DNA of 64,000 nt. Source: Candidatus Falkowbacteria bacterium HGW-Falkowbacteria-1 (GTDB lineage: Bacteria > Patescibacteriota > Patescibacteriia > Patescibacteriales > UBA12465). The translations under genes and the position numbers were made by a program. Location: positions 6,908 through 70,907 of the forward strand of contig PHAI01000003.1 of the NCBI GenBank assembly GCA_002840305.1, written 5' to 3'. Below are positions 52,234-59,805 of the stretch, piece after piece (position 1 is the stretch's first letter; each line of letters begins with the position of its first letter). A model generated the notes under the pieces. It worked only from the letters and a program-made list of their open reading frames with translations. It had not been told where the DNA came from and searched no databases.

Positions 52234-54966
52234 TTAACTCTTAATACTCTGGGCGATTGAATCCAACATTGCCTTGTGAGCATTACTTGTATTGAACTGC
52301 ATATTTTTTGTAATCATATTCATCTCCGCCCTAAACTCCTCATTTTTGCCAGCGTTAACCAAGTCTCTATACTTGGATAAACTACCTGATTCTTGAAAAA
52401 ATTGTTTAAGACTTTTTAACCCATCGATTGAAGAAGTCAAATCTTGCATTTGATTAAGATTGGCTTTCTCTAAATACTGTGCCTTCTCGTTTGTTCCCTC
52501 CAAAGGAGAAAGGTCATTGTTGATAGCTGCTAATTTAGTGCGAGCATTAGGAGTCCCGGACGCTTTCAAAGCTACTTTTAGCTGTGCTCTCTTTTCTGTT
52601 GTTTGTCCATCATATACACCCTTAAAATTCTTGTCAGTCATCGTTTTTGACAGTTCCGGCATAATCAAATTAAGAGATTCTTGATCATCAATATTGGCTA
52701 TTTTTATAGTACCATTAACAACTCCACTGACAATTTTCTTCTGAACTTTTTCGTGTTTGTCTTTGGTGTCTTGGCTCCGACTATCACCCCCCGCCGTAGA
52801 ATGAAGCTCGGTAAATGATTGGGTTAAATTTTGATAATTATTATTTAAAACTCCGTCTAATTGGTTTTTTACCTTTCCGTCATGTTTATAGGAATCTCTA
52901 ATTTCACTACTTTTGACACTAGCCTCTTCTTGAGACAGCTCCCCTCTTTCCATCAAAGTCATGGTAGCAGCTGTTCTTTCATGCCCAGTCAAAGAATAAT
53001 CATTCATTTTCTTTCTAATATCTTCTTCTCGTTCGTCTTTCATTTTTTCCTTATATTTTCCAATTTGAGAACTATTATGATTGGATGCAATATCCAAAGC
53101 GCCCTCTCCGGCATGTTTAAGCTTGTGTCTGCCCGTCGCACCTGCAACACCACCAATAATGGCTCCTGGGATTCCTCCGCCTAAAAGAGCCCCTGTCATA
53201 GCGCCCGCAGCAACAGTGCCCCATTTTCCAACCTGTTCTGATCTTTTTCTTTTTTTAGCTATTTCCTTTTGACCTAACTCTATCTCTTCACTCTTAGATT
53301 TAATCTCTTTAGTTTTGGCCATCACCGCCCCTTCTCTCTCAGACTTAAATTTATCTTTTCCTGTTCTAACTTCATCAATATTAGACACCTTTTCGCCAGT
53401 TACCTCGCCATAAGTATTAATAATGGACTTTTCCTTTTCTTGTATCTTTTGGGAATACTCCTTATCCGTTCTCTTGGCATCAGCTTGTAATAAAGATATT
53501 TGTTTAGGGTCCTTTTCTCTCTCGAGCTTTCGCTCAAATTCTTTTCTATTTTCTTGTTGTTTGGTCTTTAGGCCGTCCACAACTTTTATTTCACCATCGA
53601 TGTCAAACTTCGCCAATTCTTCCCTTCTAGCACTTAGAGCCTCTTTCTCTCCCACTTTATTTTTTATCACATCTTCCTTTCTCTTAATTTGTTTGTCAGA
53701 CAAGCCACCTATTGCTTTCAACTGATTACCGACAAATCCTCCGGCTTGTTGAAAAGGCTTGGCTACGCCTTTCTTGAGCTTACCTTCCATTTTCATCAAT
53801 GAACCAGCGTCTCTCTGAGCTAACTCAGATCTTTTAGTCTCTTTCTGTTGTTTATAGGCTTTAATAGCATTCTCAGCTCTTTCAACACCACTGGCTCTTT
53901 TTGCTCCTTTTATAGCGCCGTCTCCCATTTTTTGTAAACTGGCCATACCTTTCCCCGCTATTTTTCCAGCCGCTCCACCCATTTCTTGAGCAATCATAAG
54001 ACCACCTAAAAGCATGCCTATGGAAATAATAAATTTGGTTATATTCTCAGAACTTCCAGCTTCAGTTATGGTCGCGGAATCAGAACCGCCAGCGACCTCT
54101 TCTCCACCTGGATTGTCTCTTTTCATTTTAACAATATCACTACTTCCCTCAACACCCCCCAAAGACGCAAAAGACAGCCAAATAAAAAAGGCCAAAACTG
54201 GACCGACTATTAAATTTTTAGAAAAATCAGACCACCATCTCTGAGAATAGGACTGTCCTTGAGGAAATGAGGCTAATAAATAGGCCAAAGGGGACAAAAC
54301 AACATAAATCCAAATCATTATAATCCTCATGGCCAACATGACAAGCATTGTCAAAATAACTACCACCGAAATTATAGAAAATATTAAAGCTAAAATTATT
54401 GAACCTAAAATTGTCCAGCCGGTTACATCCTCTGAGCTACCTTGATCGAAGCTAAGAATTTTTGTTACTCCAAGCATTTCCGTTAAGTTTCCGCCAGCCA
54501 TATCCTTAAAAGCATTTACGAAGGTAAGCATTACTATCTGAGCAACGTCTATGAAGGCACCACAAATTAATTTAGAAAAATTAATTAAAACCGCCATCAA
54601 AAGCAATTTCGGCAACCAAGTTTTTAAATTATATTGTTCTACTCTTAAAATAGTTGCAAAAGCAATAATCAACAGAATCAAAATAAAAAACATATTGCAA
54701 AGATCCCTGACTAAGGCCCAACCAATCTTCACCGCGTTTGAATCTATGAAGCTATTGTATTGAGCAATACCAATCAACACATTCATTAACACTAAAAGTA
54801 TTTTCCCTAATATCCAAATAATTGGATAAAGCACCCAGCCCAAGACAGTAGCAATGGTTTCGCCGACTCCTGCATGAACCAAATTGGGAAATAAAAAAAT
54901 AATCCCAACTAAAAGAATGGGAGCTAAACTTATAAATATTTTTTTATTTTTTGTAAAAAATTTCAT
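52234..54966 (-). CDS. VirB6/TrbL-like polytopic membrane protein with a ~600-aa charged coiled-coil C-terminal extension
   Basis: The start was reassigned to Met28 (MKFFTKNKKIFISLAPILLVGIIFLFPNLVHA, a signal-like segment). It has about 6-7 TM helices, and the LVRDLCNMFFILILLIIAF region is typical of TrbL/VirB6-type proteins. Confidence 0.6.
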   Translation of the reverse strand: MKFFTKNKKIFISLAPILLVGIIFLFPNLVHAGVGETIATVLGWVLYPIIWILGKILLVLMNVLIGIAQYNSFIDSNAVKIGWALVRDLCNMFFILILLIIAFATILRVEQYNLKTWLPKLLLMAVLINFSKLICGAFIDVAQIVMLTFVNAFKDMAGGNLTEMLGVTKILSFDQGSSEDVTGWTILGSIILALIFSIISVVVILTMLVMLAMRIIMIWIYVVLSPLAYLLASFPQGQSYSQRWWSDFSKNLIVGPVLAFFIWLSFASLGGVEGSSDIVKMKRDNPGGEEVAGGSDSATITEAGSSENITKFIISIGMLLGGLMIAQEMGGAAGKIAGKGMASLQKMGDGAIKGAKRASGVERAENAIKAYKQQKETKRSELAQRDAGSLMKMEGKLKKGVAKPFQQAGGFVGNQLKAIGGLSDKQIKRKEDVIKNKVGEKEALSARREELAKFDIDGEIKVVDGLKTKQQENRKEFERKLEREKDPKQISLLQADAKRTDKEYSQKIQEKEKSIINTYGEVTGEKVSNIDEVRTGKDKFKSEREGAVMAKTKEIKSKSEEIELGQKEIAKKRKRSEQVGKWGTVAAGAMTGALLGGGIPGAIIGGVAGATGRHKLKHAGEGALDIASNHNSSQIGKYKEKMKDEREEDIRKKMNDYSLTGHERTAATMTLMERGELSQEEASVKSSEIRDSYKHDGKVKNQLDGVLNNNYQNLTQSFTELHSTAGGDSRSQDTKDKHEKVQKKIVSGVVNGTIKIANIDDQESLNLIMPELSKTMTDKNFKGVYDGQTTEKRAQLKVALKASGTPNARTKLAAINNDLSPLEGTNEKAQYLEKANLNQMQDLTSSIDGLKSLKQFFQESGSLSKYRDLVNAGKNEEFRAEMNMITKNMQFNTSNAHKAMLDSIAQSIKS

Positions 54967-55003
54967 TTGAAAATAATGATATTTAGTAAAAGCTCTTTGC
55001 GAA

Positions 55004-55993
55004 TTAGAACCAACTTGAAATATAATCCCAGGCAAGATATGCCGCAAGAAAGAACGATATTGGTGGAGTTAACAAAAAAACCGCAAAAGCTATGATTATC
55101 AGAAAAAAGTGCAAAAAACAACAACATCCAGTAGCGCCCGTCTCCACTATGCCCAACTTATTCCCCATTTCTTCAGCAATCTTCGGCGATGTTTGCTTCA
55201 ACTCTTTCGGCGCCCATTCATGCCCTAATTTACAAAAAAACTTTGGGGAAATCATTCCTAAAAAAACATGAATATAAACCCAAAAAGCTGATAAAGTAAA
55301 AGTCGGTACTATATTTAACCAAGCGTCTTTTAAAAATTGGTCAAAAAATTCTTTCATGTCCGGTTTCGGAGATTCATCTTTCTTCAGTACGCTCGCATCC
55401 TTAGTCTTTAATTCTTTTTTGCTATTTTTATCTTTCTTTTTATCTTGACCCAATCTTTCGGCCATCTTGTTTTCATCTGTATTATCTTTATTGCTGTCAC
55501 CACCGCTTTGGTTATTATTCCCATTACTTCCATTTTCCGAATTGTCACCACCCTTCTTTCTGTTGTGACCGCTATCAACCGGCAAGGTTTGTTGTGGTTT
55601 TATTGGGGCACGCCCCTCATTTCTAATTGCTTGTTTATCTCTATTTAAATCATCGGCCAAACCAAGCTCTTTTTTTATATCTCTCGGTTTTTCAGTCTTA
55701 TTATTAATATCTGGAATTTCTTTATTTTCAAAATTCTGTTGATTCCCTGGATTTTGATGACTTCCTGGTTTTTCGAAATTCTTTTGGCTCACCGAGCTAC
55801 CCATGTCATTTCCACTAACGCTCTTATTTAAATCTTGCATTACAGAATTTTTTGAACTCATTTTATCGGAGTTCAATTGCTCTTTTAAGTCCTCTTCTGT
55901 AAACTTTTTTTTGGCCTGTTCTTCGATGTCCCTTTCTAATGTACTCGCCATTTCTTCTTTATTTTGAACTTGTTCTTTGATTTCTCCGGCCAT
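55004..55993 (-). CDS. Hypothetical membrane protein: disordered N/G/K/D-rich N-terminus and 3 C-terminal TM helices with a CCC motif
   Basis: The start was reassigned to Met11 (MAGEIKEQ). It is the first gene of the operon after metG. Confidence 0.5.
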   Translation of the reverse strand: MAGEIKEQVQNKEEMASTLERDIEEQAKKKFTEEDLKEQLNSDKMSSKNSVMQDLNKSVSGNDMGSSVSQKNFEKPGSHQNPGNQQNFENKEIPDINNKTEKPRDIKKELGLADDLNRDKQAIRNEGRAPIKPQQTLPVDSGHNRKKGGDNSENGSNGNNNQSGGDSNKDNTDENKMAERLGQDKKKDKNSKKELKTKDASVLKKDESPKPDMKEFFDQFLKDAWLNIVPTFTLSAFWVYIHVFLGMISPKFFCKLGHEWAPKELKQTSPKIAEEMGNKLGIVETGATGCCCFLHFFLIIIAFAVFLLTPPISFFLAAYLAWDYISSWF

Positions 55994-56083
55994 AAAATAA
56001 AGATAATAATAAAACAATGGCAAAACAAAAACTGTTTATTCTCTGCCTATATTATACAATAAAAAAAATATTTTGCCAACATT

Positions 56084-57739
56084 TTAAGATTCTATCTTTT
56101 CTAATTGTTTTTCAATTTCTTCCGGCTCAATTTTTTTATATAAAACTTCTAAATCACCCACTTTTAAAACCCCTTTTTCCGGGTATTGCCATTTCAGGTC
56201 TTTCGAGTTCATGCCCAGGCTGTGACAAATTTTAGCCGAAGTTTTTGGTAAAAAAGGATTAAACAAAACGGCCAAAGATTTTATGGCTTGACCAAAAACA
56301 GCCAAGTCAACAGCAGCTTTGTCTGGATTGGTTTTAATACTAGTCCAAGGGGCTGATTCATTTAGAAAACGATTACCATCTTCCACTATTTTGAAAATTG
56401 AACGCAAAGCTTTTTTAAAATTGCCATTTTCAATTTCTTCACCAACAAGTAAAAACGTTTTTTCAATTTGATCCAAAAATTCGGTTGATTTTTCTTCAAT
56501 TTTTTCGGGGTATTTCAAGCCCTCAGGAAAATTTTTCTTAATAAAAGATAGGGTCCTAAAAACAAAATTACCAAAATTTCCTATTAATTCATTATTGGTT
56601 TTAGCCATAAAGTCATGCCAAGAAAAATTGGCGTCAGCTGTTTCTGGCCCGCTGGAAATCAAATAATATCTCAAAGTTTCGGAGTCAAAATCACGCAAAA
56701 AATCGTTTAACCAAACGGCATGATGGCGACTCTTGGAAAACTGCTTACCCTCAAGGTTCAAGTATTCGGTTGAAAAAATTCTATCGGGTAAATGTAAACC
56801 GCCATAAGACATGAGTATCATCGGCAAAATAATTGAATGAAAAGGAATATTGTCTTTTCCATGAAAATAAAAATGAAGAGCATTTTTGTTTTGCCAAAAT
56901 TCCTGCCATTTGTTTTCGTCCCCCGTTTCCTTGGCCCATTCTTTGCTAGCTGACAAGTAACCCAAAACAGCTTCAAACCAAACATAAATTCTCTTTGTTT
57001 CATAACCTTCAAGCGGAATAGGAACGCCCCACTGAGTATCGCGAGTAATAGCCCTGTCTAATAATCCCCGGCTAACGAATTCTAAGGAAAAATTCTTGGC
57101 ATTCTGTCTCCAATTTGAACTTTTAGAAATAAAAGACAAAATTTCCTTTTGCCAAGCCGAAAGTTTTAAGAAAAAATGTTCAGAAGGTCTCCATTCAGGA
57201 GTACCTCCGCAAGTTTTACATTTTGGATTAATAAGATTTTTAGTATCCATTAAATTACCGCAATTATCACATTGGTCCCCGCGGGCAGAAGAAAAATGAC
57301 AAATAGGACATTCACCTTCTATATACCTGTCCGGTAAAAACCTTTGACAATTTGAACAATATGGCAATTCCTCTTCTTTTATATAAATTTGGCCATCCTT
57401 ATAAAGTTTTAAAAAAATTTCTTGAACGGTTTGATAATGATTTTCAGTACTAGTTTTAGTATAATTATCATAAGAGAAAGACAAACCATTCAAAAAATTA
57501 TCGCTAAATTCTTTGTGATATTTTTCAGCTATTTCCGAGGGGTGAACGCCTTGTTTATCTGCCTCAACCGCTATTGGCGTACCGTGACAATCGCTTCCAG
57601 AAACAAATAAAACATCATCGCCTTTTAAGCGAAAATATCTAGCACAAACATCGCTACCAATAAGACCGGCAACATGACCAAGATGGAGAGAACCATTGGC
57701 ATAAGGCCAAGCAGTGGCAATAAGGATTTTTTTATTCAT
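56084..57739 (-). CDS. metG: Methionine--tRNA ligase
   Basis: The class I motifs are HLGH (PYANGSLHLGHVAG) and KFSKS. Zinc knuckles CSNC...CPIC and CDNC...CKTC are present. Confidence 0.97.
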   Translation of the reverse strand: MNKKILIATAWPYANGSLHLGHVAGLIGSDVCARYFRLKGDDVLFVSGSDCHGTPIAVEADKQGVHPSEIAEKYHKEFSDNFLNGLSFSYDNYTKTSTENHYQTVQEIFLKLYKDGQIYIKEEELPYCSNCQRFLPDRYIEGECPICHFSSARGDQCDNCGNLMDTKNLINPKCKTCGGTPEWRPSEHFFLKLSAWQKEILSFISKSSNWRQNAKNFSLEFVSRGLLDRAITRDTQWGVPIPLEGYETKRIYVWFEAVLGYLSASKEWAKETGDENKWQEFWQNKNALHFYFHGKDNIPFHSIILPMILMSYGGLHLPDRIFSTEYLNLEGKQFSKSRHHAVWLNDFLRDFDSETLRYYLISSGPETADANFSWHDFMAKTNNELIGNFGNFVFRTLSFIKKNFPEGLKYPEKIEEKSTEFLDQIEKTFLLVGEEIENGNFKKALRSIFKIVEDGNRFLNESAPWTSIKTNPDKAAVDLAVFGQAIKSLAVLFNPFLPKTSAKICHSLGMNSKDLKWQYPEKGVLKVGDLEVLYKKIEPEEIEKQLEKIES

Positions 57740-57956
57740 ATTTAAACAGTTTAATGGTTAATATGCTCTTATCATATCATTTTGACTTTATAAAATCAAA
57801 TAATATTGATTTATTTTTTATTTAATTTTAGCTTATTAAGGAAGCCGTAAAATAATATTCCGTCTTTATCACTGTCACATTGTTTTCCTCAACATTCCAA
57901 AATTTTTTTCTTATTATTTCTGAGATTACCTTTTCTTTGTTGTTCTATTGCCTCTA

Positions 57957-58365
57957 CTTTGTCATTCCCGCGAGCCACGTTCTACGTGGCGAAAGCGGGA
58001 ATCCATTCAAAAAAACATGAAAAACCATAATTACTATATATACATATTAGCAAGTAAGAAAAACGGCACGCTATACATAGGGGTGACTAATGGTTTATTT
58101 AAAAGAACACTTCAACACAAACTAAAAGAAAACAAGAAAGGCTTTACCTCAAAATATAACGTTAATAAATTGGTTTATTATGAAAATTACAAGTATATCA
58201 AAGGCGCCATAGCGAGAGAAAAATGTTTAAAAAAATGGAAAAGAAAATGGAAATTAGAATTAATAGAAAAAGAAAATCCAACTTGGCTAGATCTGTTTGA
58301 AGACATGAGTTAGGTCTGACTTCCCGCTTTCGCCACGTAGAACGTGGCTCGCGGGAATGACAAAG
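57957..58365 (+). mobile_element. 409-bp unit: 45-bp perfect terminal inverted repeats flanking a GIY-YIG nuclease gene
   Basis: 57957-58001 (ctttgtcattcccgcgagccacgttctacgtggcgaaagcgggaa) is the exact reverse complement of 58321-58365. Each arm is itself a nested hairpin, with outer stem ttcccgc/gcgggaa and inner stem gccacg/cgtggc. The ctttgtcat heads point outward. Confidence 0.8.
58017..58313 (+). CDS. GIY-YIG nuclease family protein (UPF0213/COG2827 type, 98 aa)
   Basis: The sequence is YYIYILASKKNGTLYIGVTNGLFKRTLQHK...KLVYYENY....AIAREKCLKKWKRKWK. The start was moved to Met24 of the track ORF, whose 5' extension merely translates the left inverted repeat. Confidence 0.9.
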   Translation: MKNHNYYIYILASKKNGTLYIGVTNGLFKRTLQHKLKENKKGFTSKYNVNKLVYYENYKYIKGAIAREKCLKKWKRKWKLELIEKENPTWLDLFEDMS

Positions 58366-58373
58366 GGGTCTGG

Positions 58374-58401
58374 TCCTCGTTTTCACGAGGATGACAAAAA
58401 A
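58374..58401 (-). repeat. Mini-unit of the repeat family (TTTTTTGTCAT head plus a 6-bp hairpin)
   Basis: On the plus strand tcctcgttttcacgaggatgacaaaaaa contains the stem tcctcg/cgagga. The head is in reverse orientation, directly outside the right TIR. Confidence 0.65.
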
Positions 58402-58402
58402 T

Positions 58403-58440
58403 GAGAAAAATAAAAAACCCGTTGACTGATCAACGGGTTA
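58403..58440 (-). terminator. Rho-independent terminator after the T9SS-CTD protein gene
   Basis: The 10-bp stem aacccgttga / tcaacgggtt has a 4-nt loop. A T-rich run follows on the minus strand. Confidence 0.85.
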
Positions 58441-58461
58441 TTTTGAAAGCATGGGCGCTTT

Positions 58462-59700
58462 CTATTTTTTTATAAATTTTTTCGAAGCAATACCCTCGGA
58501 TGTGTTTACTTTTAATATATACATCCCAGTAGGCAAAGCAGAAATATCTACCTCTGAATTATCTTCAAAAAAATTAGAGGACATAATCTGGGCGCCAATT
58601 ACATTGTAAATAGCTACAGATTTTTGACCACGAACAGGAAAATTAATCGATAAACGATCAACGGCTGGATTAGGATAAACTGCCATTTTTGAACTAATAT
58701 CAATTTGATCAACGGATGTTAATCCGGTGAGTTCAAAAAGAGCTCCACCAAGATTGCAGAATAAAGCTCTGTTGCTGTATTTATCGTAATATCCACTTAG
58801 CACCTTGGGCTCATTCCAATCCATGTAAAGGACATCAGATTCTCCAGTACTAACTTTTATATGCTTAACTCCACTCTCTCCGTAAATAAAAACATTTTCA
58901 TTGTTTGTACAAATTATACCAGAATTAAACATCCAATGATCTTCGCTAGTGTAAGAATAAATCTTAGTCATCTGAGAAGAAGAGTCGTCCCAGCGATAAA
59001 CATCACCTCCATAAGTTAAAATGAAAAAAATGTTTTTATCGTTAGACCATATTCTCGTAACAGATCCTCTATCTAAGTCAAAGGAATATAAATCTACCAG
59101 CTCGCTTCCATTATAACGAAGAAGCTTGTTTTCGGACAGAACGTCTTGAGACACAGCGTTTTCCGATAAAATAAGCACATTATTTTCACTTTTAACATAC
59201 ATGTCCATAAAGGACACGTCTTGTCTCTCGGCAATTTTCGCACCACTACTTGCGCCATCCCAAAGATACAAATGAGCTTTATTGTCGTCGTTTGTTCTTT
59301 TATGGGTACAAACATAAATCTTATTTTCCGCTAAAACAAAACTTTTAGCAACAAAAGTCATTGCAGTAGCAAAAAAATCAAAATTAGTAATGGTATTATT
59401 CCAAACATAACCTTTCGCGCTCGTGTGATGAGCAACAAAGGCCGTACCGTCAGCCTTTTTTATTCCATGTATGCGACCGGTGCCTTGAGAAATTGGTTGA
59501 TTAATATAATGCCAAGTAGCACCATCAAAATAAATTGGGCCATTGCTCATGGTTGAAGCCCAAATTTTTCCATCCAATAAAAACAAATTATTAAACCCAG
59601 CATAATCTTGGTTATGGCTAATCATTTCTAGACCAAAATTTTGACCAAAAACACTAAAGCCAAATAGAATGCTAAACAAAAAAGATACTAGTTTTTTCAT
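58462..59700 (-). CDS. Secreted protein with a T9SS-type (Por) C-terminal sorting domain
   Basis: The signal peptide ends ..GFSVFG/QNF. The last ~75 aa, VYPNPAVDRLSINF...VAIYNVIGAQI...ISALPTGMYILKVNTSEGIASKKFIKK, match the recalled type A T9SS CTD pattern. A strong AGGAGG SD is present. Confidence 0.8.
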   Translation of the reverse strand: MKKLVSFLFSILFGFSVFGQNFGLEMISHNQDYAGFNNLFLLDGKIWASTMSNGPIYFDGATWHYINQPISQGTGRIHGIKKADGTAFVAHHTSAKGYVWNNTITNFDFFATAMTFVAKSFVLAENKIYVCTHKRTNDDNKAHLYLWDGASSGAKIAERQDVSFMDMYVKSENNVLILSENAVSQDVLSENKLLRYNGSELVDLYSFDLDRGSVTRIWSNDKNIFFILTYGGDVYRWDDSSSQMTKIYSYTSEDHWMFNSGIICTNNENVFIYGESGVKHIKVSTGESDVLYMDWNEPKVLSGYYDKYSNRALFCNLGGALFELTGLTSVDQIDISSKMAVYPNPAVDRLSINFPVRGQKSVAIYNVIGAQIMSSNFFEDNSEVDISALPTGMYILKVNTSEGIASKKFIKK

Positions 59701-59755
59701 GGTTTTTCCTCCTATTTTAATTTAAAATTTTAACGTACATTTTTATTAACCTTCA

Positions 59756-59784
59756 ATTATAATACTTAAAAACAATTTTGTCAA
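59756..59784 (-). promoter_or_regulatory. Perfect sigma70 consensus promoter for the T9SS-CTD protein gene
   Basis: The minus strand reads TTGACA (59784..59779), a 17-nt spacer, then TATAAT (59761..59756). Confidence 0.75.
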
Positions 59785-59805
59785 TAGGGTTAGATATTAA
59801 ATAAT

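Noticed and set aside
54966-55047. The 44-nt overlap between 52234..55047 and 55004..56023, suggesting a fusion or programmed frameshift.
   Set aside because: An internal Met at 54966 is followed by a signal-peptide-like segment and removes the overlap. The upstream 27 codons have no protein-like character.
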